Shown: positions 49,959 through 61,599 of the stretch, piece by piece | Layout: the number at the start of each line of letters is the position of its first letter | Numbering within the stretch: position 1 is the first letter of the stretch | Translations under genes and position numbers: made by a program | Notes under the pieces: model-generated | What the model was told of the DNA's origin: nothing | Databases searched by the model: none | What the model saw: the letters and a program-made list of their open reading frames with translations, nothing else | DNA from: Schmidtea nova | Lineage: Eukaryota | Assembly (NCBI GenBank): GCA_044892505.1 | Contig: CM097882.1 | Location: 432,636,001 to 432,700,000, forward strand | Reading direction: 5' to 3' | DNA length: 64,000 bases

Positions 49959-51290
49959 ATGATAGTTACTACAAACTCTACAGGAGCCATGTCGGCCAAA
50001 GATACAGAATCGATCAAAATCTGCAAATACCAAATTATCCGAATTGACGATAGAAGAATGAAAATTCAAATTCTGAAGCTGCATCAAAAGTTAAGAATTA
50101 AGTTGTCTGAAGAAGTGCAAATGGCCAAAAAGAAAAGTTATTTTTTGCACATAATCACAGGAACAGCCGAGATCATGGATGAGCAAAACCAGCCCTGGCT
50201 AGAAATGAAAAAATTTACTGCGTGGAAACTTCAGGAGGAGATAATGAATAAACCGTTGAGAGCCGCCAATGAAGATGTGATAATGGTCATAGAAATCAGA
50301 ATCGACAATGAGTAGATATCCAACAGATGAGAACGATGAAACATTGATGAAAATTTCGGAGGAGATGCTGAATAGAAAAATGTCATTTATCAGGAAGCAA
50401 ATGGGGTTGGAAGAAATCCGCAACAGAATATTATTTATCGACGCGGAATATGGACACTCTGAAGCAGGAAAGATGATTCCCTTGTCTGTTGCCATCATGA
50501 ATTATCATGGCAAAATAATCCGAAACAATTTCATCACTCCAAGAGGAAAACTGAGGTATTTTAATTCAAAAATTCATGGGATAACAGAAGTTGCCAGCAG
50601 AAATCAATATTCTGAGATTAAAAAATTACAGGAATTGACCAAGGGAAAAATATTGATTGGGCATGATCTTCATTCTAAACTGGAATACCTGTAAATATGG
50701 ATCAATAGATTATATGGAGTACAGGATTTAGTAGCAGCGTGAGTGTTGAAATTGATGAATGTTAGCCAAAAAGGAGAGTGGTTTAAATTGAAAACCGTAA
50801 CTCAAGAATTATGAGGAGAAGAAACGCAAAAAGATATCCACACTGCGTTGGAAGATGTAAAAAGTATTAGAAATATTGAAAGTGGAAAGTCAATGGATTG
50901 ATGATGTGACGATTCCTAGGAAACAGCCCTCAAAAAAAGATTCGCTCGAGGAATACAAGAATCTACGTGGGCAAAGTACATTAGAAAGAGTACAGATTTC
51001 AGAAATGGTGGATCTAACCACATAAGAATCCAGGATGGAAATCGAATTCCCGGACAAACAATTGAATTGGGCAACAGAAAATAACTTAAAAACTACAGAA
51101 GTGAGTTTAGAAGTTATTGAAAGTTAAATGGTGGGAATAGCAGAATATAAAATGGAATATTGGCAAATGCCTAAAGATAAAAATGAAAGAGGAAACTGAG
51201 TCCAGAGATCGAGGAAAATGTAACGTATGCGAGAAAGGTGTATGTTCGAGAAGAAACAATTGTTCGATACCGGCATGGAGAAAAAAGCTT
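49959..51290 (+). pseudogene. REX4/ISG20-like DEDDh exonuclease gene, copy 2, with a C-terminal CCCH zinc-finger remnant
   Basis: Exo I FIDAE (D at 50440), Exo II region LIGHDLHSKL, Exo III HTALED (50839-56) in the same frame across stops; C-x7-C-x5-C-x3-H at 51219-76 after removing 1 nt. Confidence 0.78.
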
Positions 51291-52323
51291 AAAGCTTAAA
51301 TTCAATTAACTTATCTATATTTATATTGAAAAAATAAATAAATAGTTTAGTGAAAATTCGTCTCTTATTATTCATTCAGACAATCCACTAGTTTGAAAAA
51401 CCCCTTTTAATAGATCACTAAAGATTAGTAGGTATTATTGTTATCATGGAGTATTAAAAAGTCAACAATTTCAGTATTACAAAATAATAAAAAAAATCAA
51501 AAATCAGTAAAATTATTATCATGACCTTGTAGAAACCATTATAAATATTATATTATATCAATGAAATAAAATAAAAAAACAAAATTAAGGCAAAGCACTC
51601 TTGACCTTCGAGGGTTGAATTCCTTGGACAACGACTAAGACTGCTGCTGTAACTTGTTATTGTAATCGAGATTATATCAAAAAAAATATTATTACTATCA
51701 TTATTATTACTAATATGGAAAACACTTATCATTCTACAAAGATACTGATAAACCCTTGATGTCTTTTAATTTGCTAAGAATTCATAGAAAAACGACATTA
51801 AGGAATAATTATTCAATTATTTGCTTTACTATTAGTTGCAAAGTTCAGAACCTCTAACATCAAATGAACTAAACCTTGCGAGATTTAATCTTTAGTACGA
51901 GATACATCTAATTTACTCAACTGCCACTACTAACAAACTGCATACTCTTTTGGTTTTAAGCACTTTGGGTACGTTCAGGACAAATTTCATCTGTCACCAA
52001 GATATCATGGAACATATGAGTTAATAGGAAACTTGAAAATAATAAGGATGAAAACATGTTGGATGTTTAGGAATCCTTGTAATTTAATAATATATTTAAA
52101 CCTATTATAATTATTAATAAATTAATTATTATTGATATTATTATTAAGTATTGTAGTGCCTCCGTTATTTATATGTTATTATATTATTTAATTAAATATC
52201 AATATTTATATATTAAAATCAATCATTAAATGATTTATAAAAAAAATGCGATTTGTTTAAATCAGAAAAAAATGGCACTTATCTCTTAATTTAAAAAACG
52301 ACATGCAAAAAGGAATTTAAAAA

Positions 52324-53580
52324 ATGGAAGCTGCACCAGTTAAAACCCAACGCAAACGACGAAGTTACCAATTGAATGTTGTTGTGAAAAAGAACGCAAA
52401 TCGTACAAAGGAATTCAGCGAGCACAAGAGGCAATTGATACAATCAATCACCCCAGCGATTGCTACTAGTACAAAGACCGATATTTCTACCATTGAAATA
52501 CCAGAGCGCATTAAAGACAGCTATTTCATGAAGGAAAAGAAGACTAAATCAACTGTGAAATCTGATGATATATTTGCAGCTAAGAATTTGTCTTATTAAA
52601 TATATTTTCAGCTGCTAAATTTGTCTTTTTAATTATATTTGCAGCTGCTAAAATTGGTGTCAGAAATCCGCCTGATAACAGTCAAACAGGACTAGTCACG
52701 AACTGGTCAAGGAACGAATACGATGCACAATGGATCAAATTTGACGGATATGTCATATCAAATAATGAACGGTTATTTATCGAATCAGTTTTGAAGAAAC
52801 AACACGAAAACACTTACACTTGTGCCATTGTTCACAAAACTCAACCGAACCAGGTCTTCAGAAAAGATGTCATTCTAAGGATTGCGGTGCCAATCGTTCA
52901 AATACAGATCCTAGCTTCCGAGAAACTGACAATCAACGGCTTGATTCATAGGAAATGTGTCGGATTCAAATTGGCTCAATCGACTGAAAGATTTTCTTAT
53001 TATTGGATAGATTCCCAAGGAAGAACAATCTCGAAGACTGACACAATTCAAGTCCCAATAAATGATGAATCGGTATTCGGGCAATACGAATGTCATTACA
53101 GAGCTCATAAATCAGATGCATCATATCCCATCACAATCACCCCTTATCCTCAAAAGTTCCGTTTGAATGAGAAGTTCTCAATGCGATGTCAAGTGGCACC
53201 AGAACTCAAACAAGTTCAATATTCTTGGTATCATGACAATCAACTGTTGGAAAGCAATCAACAAACGATAACCTTTGACAGTTTCACCCGTTCGAAGCTT
53301 GGAGTGTACAAATGTAAAATAGTCGAACTGGATCAAAGAAATCAGAAAGTAGAATTAGAAGCCAAATCTTATCAACGTCTATCATAATTTGTCCCAATTA
53401 AAGTCGAACTGATCGAAGGAGCCGGATCACAAGTCGCTGTCATCATGTCGAAAAAAAAGAACTGCACTGTGAAATTTCTGCTGACAGTGAATATTCTGGA
53501 TCAGATGTTCAATGGAAGTTCGAAAACCAAGAATTATCTACTCCAGACTCCCTCAACCTTCAACAACCACACGGCGAGTC
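52324..53580 (+). pseudogene. Intronless multi-immunoglobulin-domain gene (three domains plus a truncated fourth), frameshifted
   Basis: Repeated C...W...YxC pattern (TYTC, GQYEC, GVYKC); frame break at a triple 32-33-bp repeat (52570-52650) and frameshifts after 53387. Confidence 0.72.
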
Positions 53581-53742
53581 ATATTTTAAATTTATACTAT
53601 TAATTAATTATTTATTATATACATTCCTTTTAAATTGCATAATATTATATATATAATACCTATTATAATTATAAAATTTTATGCTGCACAATTTTTCTAT
53701 TCTCCCATTAAAAGCTATACTAGTAACCCCCCTCAATCTACC

Positions 53743-54858
53743 ATGTACAACAACGAGTCTTTCGCCACTTCCCCAACATATGTCCTAACGCGTTTCAACC
53801 ACAAAACACGCCAAATCCCCATTTTCACGGATTTGCGCACTGATATCGCCACCTCTTATCTGATTAATAGGAATGAATTTTACATGACGTGCAATGGTTT
53901 CCCAATTTCATCACTCACCGACATTCCACCTAATGCTATCATAGAAATTCATTGCCGCGTTTTAGGAGGCGTCCGACCCACTACAGAACCGCCTTATTCA
54001 TCCACTTCACGCCCAATTTTGTTCTTTTTGGATCCCGACGGCACACCCTCGTCGTGGTTCCGCATTTTCGAATCGCGCACGTCTTCCTTTCCGAAATCAC
54101 GCGCCGATTACCTACTCGACAGCCTGCCATCTGAATTGATAGCCGAACTTGCCCCTAAAATAGCCAACGCGCTTTACGCAGACAACCCGTATGATGATCT
54201 CAAATCCCTGATAGTGTCAAAATACACCTCATCACAAACCCAAGCTCTCACAAAGCTTTTGGCACCACAAAATTACTCAGGACAACAGCCAAGCCTATTC
54301 CTAGAACAGATTGCCCGCTCCAACGACATCGCCATTCCAGATCTGTCCAAAAACACTCAACTCTTAAAACATCAATTCCTCTCCGCACTTCCATATAATC
54401 TACAAACCTCCCTCGCATTGGTAGACTCTGAAGACCCGTACCATCTTGCTAAAATAGCCGATCGCATTTATGCACTTCAACCCCATAAACCGCGCGCTGA
54501 TAATTACACACCACCACCGCCACCCTCCATTGTCAACGCAACACATTCACCCGAAAACCACTACACTTGCAACGTCACAAAGTATTCCAACTATACACCT
54601 CCATTACAGCAAGCACAACGCCCCAATCATCCACAGAACGTACAACCCAGTAGCAGCGCACCACTAATTTGTTTTTTCCACAGCCGATTCAAAAAACATG
54701 CACAGAAATGCTGCATTGGTTGCGCTTCCGAATTCCACAATCCTCTTGACCTAGTCATTCCAATCTGTATCTACCACCACCTATTCAAGAACGAAGCAAA
54801 ATCGTGCATAGACGGATGTACTTGGCACACGAGCAGTTACCACCATGCAAAAAACTAA
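53743..54858 (+). CDS. Ubiquitin-like domain fused to Ty3/Gypsy-type Gag (intact, 371 aa from ATG 53743)
   Basis: Residues 1-76 end IEIHCRVLGG; then gag-like PSSWFRIFESR...YDDLKSLI...QQPSLFL...QFLSALP...LAKIADRI; two CxxHxxFxxxAxxC knuckles. Confidence 0.82.
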   Translation: MYNNESFATSPTYVLTRFNHKTRQIPIFTDLRTDIATSYLINRNEFYMTCNGFPISSLTDIPPNAIIEIHCRVLGGVRPTTEPPYSSTSRPILFFLDPDGTPSSWFRIFESRTSSFPKSRADYLLDSLPSELIAELAPKIANALYADNPYDDLKSLIVSKYTSSQTQALTKLLAPQNYSGQQPSLFLEQIARSNDIAIPDLSKNTQLLKHQFLSALPYNLQTSLALVDSEDPYHLAKIADRIYALQPHKPRADNYTPPPPPSIVNATHSPENHYTCNVTKYSNYTPPLQQAQRPNHPQNVQPSSSAPLICFFHSRFKKHAQKCCIGCASEFHNPLDLVIPICIYHHLFKNEAKSCIDGCTWHTSSYHHAKN

Positions 54859-54903
54859 CTGTGTCGTCGGATATTCCTGGACGCTCCGATGACTTCCTGC
54901 CAG
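54849..54903 (+). promoter_or_regulatory. -1 programmed ribosomal frameshift signal
   Basis: A AAA AAC in the correct phase directly before the gag stop; 7-nt spacer; stem GTCGTCGGA(54863-71)/TCCGATGAC(54885-93); possible loop CTGG:CCAG pseudoknot. Confidence 0.7.
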
Positions 54904-55301
54904 TGAACACCTCTTCTCTCAGCAAACCACGTCCAACGTACACAATATCAACTCCACCAGCAAGCACCATCTCAGAAACAACCGCTACCCTCTCTACAGT
55001 ATTATTTCCTCACACGACACAACCACCAATAGCAATACAAGCACCAACACCTGAACAAGAACCAATCAGCACACCTTGCACAACACTAGCAACAACGACA
55101 ACAACATTACCCGACACACCACACAGAGCACCACCTGCATCACTACCAGCAGCAACATTCACAATTCCATCAGATACACCACTAACAATACCAGAAGCAC
55201 CACTCACCTTTTCCGACGACGACACCCGCACAGAAATACACACATATTCTAGCACAGCCGCCACAAAAAAAAAATTTCGTTTTCCTTTTGCGTTCTGTTA
55301 G
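54855..55301 (+). CDS. Pro/Thr-rich -1 frame extension of the UBL-Gag protein
   Basis: Open -1 frame (listed ORF 54804-55301); no intact protease, RT or integrase motif; the last ~40 nt run into a Tigger fragment. Confidence 0.5.
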   Translation, partial: LTVSSDIPGRSDDFLPVNTSSLSKPRPTYTISTPPASTISETTATLSTVLFPHTTQPPIAIQAPTPEQEPISTPCTTLATTTTTLPDTPHRAPPASLPAATFTIPSDTPLTIPEAPLTFSDDDTRTEIHTYSSTAATKKKFRFPFAFC

Positions 55302-56130
55302 AAGTTGTTGATAAGTGGATAAAGCATCTATAACACCCCGTCTTGCTTTTAAACTCTTGTCAAAATTTGGATCATTTTCAACAAATTGGTCCGTAATTTC
55401 AGTTATAGTGGTCAAACTCATTTTTACAAACGTCATCGAAAGTTCTTTTTGATTTTCTTCGAAATCACTACTATCAATATTTTTGTTTTCTTGCGCAGTT
55501 AATTTCTTGAACTATTTTTCCGACTTCTTCCACATTTACCTCATCAATACAGGTTTGTTTTGCTAATACCACTATTTCATTCATATCGACAGTGTCCAAT
55601 GTTTATGCTCTTACTTAAATCCGCGCCAAATGTTCTTCCATACTCCTTTGAAAGATCTTTCTGTTATCTCATTCCAAGAAAGGTTTATATTTGCTACAGC
55701 ATTTATGATATTGTAGTTTTTCCAAAATTCTCTTATTGATTGCTTCTCTTCTCCGTCTGTTTTTTCAAACATCTGCTTAAATGTTCGCCTCAAATAATAA
55801 ACTTTAAAATTGGATATAACGCCTGGGCCCGTTGGTTGGATTAAGACAGTTGTGTTAGGTGGCAAGAAACCCACTTTGACTGGAATGCATGTTGTTAAGT
55901 CTGATAAATTTCTTGGGTGGCTTAAAGCATTATCAATTAATAGTAGTGCTCTTTGTTCAAGTTTTTTAATTTCGCAATAACGTTTAACAGACGGGCAGAA
56001 ATATTTATTGAACCAATTCCGGAAAATTTTCATAGTTATCCATGATTTTTTATTAGACAGGAAAGAAAACATTCTAGGGATGCCTCCATCCACGACCAAA
56101 CATAAAATGCTTACGTGACACACAAGCACC
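55262..56130 (-). mobile_element. pogo/Tigger transposase 3' fragment
   Basis: NKKSWIT...FRNWF, LLLIDNALSHP, FLPPNTTVLIQP, acidic tail. Confidence 0.85.
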
Positions 56131-56197
56131 CTCGATTATTTCCCTGGATAATCGAGTTGGAAATGTGCAAGGTGTTTGAAAAATGATGAATAGGTGA

Positions 56198-58927
56198 TAG
56201 GACATGGTTCGATTAATCGATTAATCGGTTAATCGATAAATTTATGTATGGTTTGATTAATCGAACAATTTCTAGTTAATTCGATTAATCGTTTTTTTTG
56301 TAGCTTGTATTTATTTGTAACAAGAAAATTAAAAATTCCGTATATGGAAGGCAATTGTTTTCCTGCACCTGCACCCAAAAGTATTAGGAGTCATTTCTAT
56401 TTTCCGCGAATTTTATTTAAAGTAGGAAATAGAAATTTATCACAGTAGGCTAGGCATAGTAAAAATAAAAGTTCTTTAGTTATTTTGTCATTACATTGCT
56501 ATTAGCATTTAGTTTTCTTTTAATAAATATTTAAAAGTGGTTGATATAAAAGTGAATTATTTTTCGGTATATTAATACTTAAATTTTTAAAAAATATAAA
56601 ATTATCTAAATAATTGTGCTCGAGAAAAACCTCTAAAAACAACACCAATTTTATCAATAATCTCTTATTTTTCAAAACAGGTATACCTTTTACAAAATAT
56701 AATATATAAAATATTTATATAATAAAAATTAAATTTAGATTAATCTGTGGCTGAGAAGGAAAAAGAAAGCGATTGGATTCAATCCAAAGAAAAGAGAAGT
56801 GAAATTTGGACTCATCTATTAATTAACAGCAAAGACAATAATATTTTAAAGTGCAAACACTGACACTACATTTCAGTCGCATAAAACAACGACGTCATAC
56901 AGGTATCATATGCAACACAAACATAATTTGTGTAAAGTGGTTGCTTCAACTTCAGCAGCAAGTCAAAATAATGACGCATTTAAAGTTATTTCGTTTTTTA
57001 CCAAAAAATCTGCATCATCCCCAGGATACGTACTTGCTAAATTAACTGCATTAGATCGCATACCGTTTGCTACTCTGGTAAATAGCGAAGAAATCAAAAA
57101 TGGATGAAAAGCCCAAGGTTTAAGTATTCCTGTAATAGAAAAGGGTATCAAGGCTATGGTGGTTGATTACGCAGATACGATTCAACAAGCTCTGAAAAAC
57201 AAACTTAAATTGAAAATCGAAGCTTGGGAACGATTTTCTTTGTCTTTTGATGAGTGGACTTCAAAACGCAATCGTCGATATATGTGTCTAAATATTCACA
57301 CCAAAGATAAAGATGTTTTTGGGCTTGGCATGATAAGAATAAAAGAAACCATGCCAGCAGCCAAAGCAGTTGAAATTGTAGAAAAAAAATTAAGTGAATA
57401 TGACATTATTTTGAAAAAGCACATAGTGGCATTTGTGACAGATGGCGCCTCTGTAATGAAAAAGATGGGTCGTTTGATGTGTATTTACCATCAAGTTTGC
57501 CACAGCCACGGAATACATTTGGCAGTTGTAGACGTCCTCTACAAAAAAAATTCAACTACGTTTGAAGAAATAGACGAGGAAATCCAATTGGAAAATGAAA
57601 ACGCTGGAGATCAATCTGATTACGATTCAAATGAAAGTGAAACAGAAAGTGAACTTCAATTTTGGATGGAAGAAAATTCTTCAGAACACATAAACTGCGC
57701 TCTAGCTGATTATTTTTCAACAGTTATTCAAAAAGTAAGAAAAATAGCTCGAATGTTTCGTAAATCTCCTGTTAAAAATGATGTGCTGCAAAAAGCCTGT
57801 AAAAAATGAAATTGGTAAGGAATTAAATTTGATAATTGATACCTCCACAAGATGGAATTCGCTGCTGGCTATGCTTAAACGGTTCTTGGAAATGAAAGAC
57901 GTTATAAAAACAGTTTTACATGATTTGTCTGTTGTTCAAATTTTTCCTTCCAATTATGAACTAAATGTTATTTCGGATATTGTTGAATCATTGGAAGTAA
58001 TTGAAGTAAGCTCCTTGGCCCTGGCCAGGAAAGATTGCAACTTAATACAAGCAACAAAAATCTTTGAATTCTTATTGACAAAATTAAAAGAGCAATCCCA
58101 CTCAAGTGTGCTGGCACAAAAGTTTTGCACGTCAATGACTACCAGAATTAATGAGAGAAGGAACCCAAATCTTGAAAGATTACTGGTGTATTTGGATGAC
58201 CCAATAAAATATTTAGAAAGTGTATCGGATGAAAACTTTGTTTTTAAAAAACCAACCAAAAATGAGCTCGCTAATACCGCTAAAGATTTTGCTAATAGGT
58301 TACTTATACCGCTTACAGAAAATCCATACGAAGCTGATTCTGATTACGAAGATGAAAACGATGTTATGGAAATTGTATCTGAAAAAAGAGCAAAATATTC
58401 AAAAGCAGATGAGTTACAGGAATTCTTAACTAAAAAACTTGCTAAAACCAATTCAACAGCTGCATTCAACTATAGTTTACAAGATATAAAAAGGGAAATG
58501 ATGGTTTACGAACACAGTAAAATAAAAACAGATTTACTATCAAAAATTTATAATGGATTGTTGAGCGTGCGGCCATCATCAGTGGAGGCGGAAAGAAGCT
58601 TTAGTGCTGCTGGTTTGTTCGTTACAAAGCTCCGGACATCCTTGAACGACAATACGTTGTATAAACTCTGCTTCCTACGTGCACATTTATTAAATGAAAA
58701 AAATACAAACTAAATATTTTATAATGTATTATTTTATTTTTTACCTATATATGTACTGAATTTTATTTGAAGTGAAATAAACTTTTATTTTTGTTAAAAT
58801 GCAGAAGTTATTTACTTAAAATACATATAAAAGAAAAATTAATAAATTAATCGATTAATCGACTCAAAAACTGAACAATTAATCGTTAATCATTTTTCTC
58901 TAAAATCGATTAATCAACCATGCCCTA
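56198..58927 (+). mobile_element. hAT (Ac/hobo, BED-type) transposon, complete ends, transposase with a stop and frameshifts
   Basis: TIR TAGG(A/G)CATGGTT; TSD ATAGGTGA/GTAGGTGA; FDEWTS, VTDGASVM, CHSHGIHL, TRWNS, PSSVEAERSFS. Confidence 0.93.
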
Positions 58928-58996
58928 GTAGGTGAGCTCTATTTCTAGAACTACTCCCCATTTATGTTCACGGGTTGGTTGCTGCCGATAGAAGGA
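58928..58996 (+). repeat. Motif A copy; its 5' part (56156-56197) was separated by the hAT insertion
   Basis: Rejoined: GTTGGAAATG...AGGTGAGC-TCTA/tttc/TAGA-ACTACTC...ACGGGTT...GCCGATAGAAGG. Confidence 0.75.
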
Positions 58997-59389
58997 CTTA
59001 CGCTTTACTTTCACTTTACTTTATCTGAATCCATTATCTTAATTTTATTATCCCTGCCCCCTTCTTACAATATCAACAGTTGAGATTCAAAATTGGTTAT
59101 ATATCTTTCCTTCATACTCCTAATGTTTATCATTTATCGAGTTTTATTAATACTTTTATAAACATAATTTATACTTGATTAACTTAATTTGAAATTTAAT
59201 AAATACTTTGTTATTAACTACTTTACTCTACAAAGATTTAATACAACACCATGATAAGATAAAACTATATTTTTGCACAAAAAAATTGTTAACGATCTAC
59301 TCAAAAAACTTAAAGAAATCATCATCCGTATACATGAAGTCTGCTGAAAGATCTATCGTTGGGAGTTCGTCATTGTGATTAATTGGATG

Positions 59390-59890
59390 TTACGCTAATG
59401 GTTTTTTCCATTTTCTTTGGCGAGAGTCCATTTTGTTTTTCTTCTTTTTGATTTCCATTGCGGATGAGATTTTTGCAACCGGTGCTTTTGTGGTGATGAC
59501 GTCGGGGATTTACGATGACCCCTCCGTGTTCGTTCCTACTGAACGTCCTGAATTCTCTGACGACCAACGTTGGAGTGTGATTGGTCGGATTAATCCCTTC
59601 AACTCCTTTTCGATGAATGAGGTTGTCACTGATTTCAAACATTTTCGCAGTTTGATTTTCGTCGCCTCGAGCTCTATTCAGTATTCATCGCCTGCTCGTT
59701 GGGCGCGTTGATTTTTTATAATCTGTTGTTTCATTTGTTCTGGATTGAACCAGCTCTTGTGAAGGTGTGAATAGGTTGTTTCTGAATTTTTTAACTTTCC
59801 TTTGGTTAGGTGGAGTTTCTTTTCTAGGCTGCGAATGATTCGTCAAGCCTTATCCAATTCAATTGATGAAGTTGCGAGATTTGTTGACAT
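59390..59890 (-). pseudogene. Coiled-coil accessory ORF family, copy 5 (three in-frame stops)
   Basis: MSTNLAT...SWFNPEQMK...ELEATKIKLRKCLKSVTTSFIEKELKGLIRPITLQRW...KKKKNKMDSRQRKW; acceptor TTGGTTTTCAG 4 nt before the ATG. Confidence 0.7.
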
Positions 59891-60499
59891 TGTTCTGAAA
59901 ACCAATTGTGATTATTCATGATTTACTTTCAGTTTCGTATTTAATGATTGATAAGAAAATGTAGTTAAGATTCTTTATGATTTACTTGGATTTGACAATA
60001 CATTTCGTACCTCCGCCAGACCTCATGCCATTGTTTAAATGACGATCCCATTTATGTTTATATATTTAGGCTTTTGAGACTTGGAAATGAATAAAATATA
60101 CTATACATTTCAAACACTGTCGCTATGTACATCGATCAGATTAATTTAGTTAGAAAATTCATTTATACCTGTGCTATCTACAGCAATCAGGATAATAATT
60201 TAATTTCAAATATTTAATTCCTCTGCCCTATATACAGGGATCAGGTTATTAAGTTAAATTTTATTGATTTTCTAGTTGAAAATTTGATCAGCTTCGTCTA
60301 GCTGATCGTAGTTTTTATGTGTGGTAGTTCATTTACCTACATGAATTTTTTGTATCATGATCATTGATTATTAATCTAATTTAGTTTTTGCTTTATGATA
60401 GATGGTGCTTTTCTGTGTTAAATTCGTTTGTGAAATGATTCTGGTGGTGGACCTTTCTCCAACAATAATTTTTTGATCAACTCTTCATCCTCCTACGGT

Positions 60500-61300
60500 G
60501 ATGGATTTAAGTCAAATATCAAATCTCTATTCTAGTACTAACAATCGTCACTGATGGAATGAAATTTCTACCGCTCTTGACAATAAATTTTTCACTAGTT
60601 TCTCTTTAATCAAAAGAGGGTACTATTTTCACGAAGCTATTAATTTAAGGAGTGTTTGTCTAAATGTTTCATTATTCACCACAAAGTTAATGCTGATCCC
60701 CTCGTGCGACAAACTTCTGATGGACAACGCGAAAAAAGAAAGATGTTGCTGGGAATAAATAAACTTTTATGTTGAAATACAACCTATATTCATGATTTCG
60801 TAGTGATCTATGGTTAAAAAAATATATATGTGCCTTGGCTATACTGGCCAGCATGGATAACATGACAATTTAATATCAAATTCCTACCGTCTTCATGGCA
60901 CCTAGTACTAAGAAGATGGCCTAACCCCCACGCGGCAGCTATGCTACCCCTGAGAGGGTCGCCTCCTTCCACCGATTACACAGTGGAAGGAGCACACTTT
61001 TCATACATCATTAATATAGGATACATATATCAAAGAATATAATCCAAAATTTGTATCATAATTTATTGAATCGCTAAAAATAGTTGACAAAAATCATGAT
61101 AGAATACTATGCAAAATAATAAAATAAAGCATTCATACCTTTCACGTTCCGCTAAGTTTTTGAATATCAAAATTCAGTTCACAAAAATCGTTGATCAAAA
61201 AAAATCATTAAAATTGTCAGATTCTGGTTCAGTATTTATACTGATAAGATCAGCACACCGACCAATCAGCGTCAAGCTGATGGTCAATGATTCAATTCTA
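60500..61300 (-). repeat. Second, inverted copy of the 18.1-18.9 kb region: motif B (60836-60993) and TATA/CCAAT palindromes (61229-61281)
   Basis: Shared blocks ACTGAT(T)GGAATGA, CCCTCGTGC, GGCTATACT.GCCA, CTACCGTCTTC.TGGCACCTA, CACAGTG.AAGGAGC, CCAATCAGC.TC.AGCTGATG. Confidence 0.7.
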
Positions 61301-61599
61301 TTTTTATTTTAATTATATAATTTGTTTTAATTGTCATTTATAATATAATTTTGTTAATTTAATCATTATTTCTTATTTTATTTATTCTTATAGATAAATA
61401 TACTTTATATTTCTATTCCATTTTTCCGTCACATTTTATACATTGCTTTATATTTTTTATTACTTTTATTACACTATTTATTTATTTCCTATTAATTCTA
61501 ATTTATTATATTTAAATCTCTTTTCTTAGTATTATTCTACTTTGTTTATTTTTATTTTATCTATTATTATTATTTATTTTTTCAAATGGTTGGCCCAGC

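Noticed and set aside
51950-52060. SPRYHGTYELIG as a GPY/F integrase tail
   Set aside because: Too short and isolated to call.
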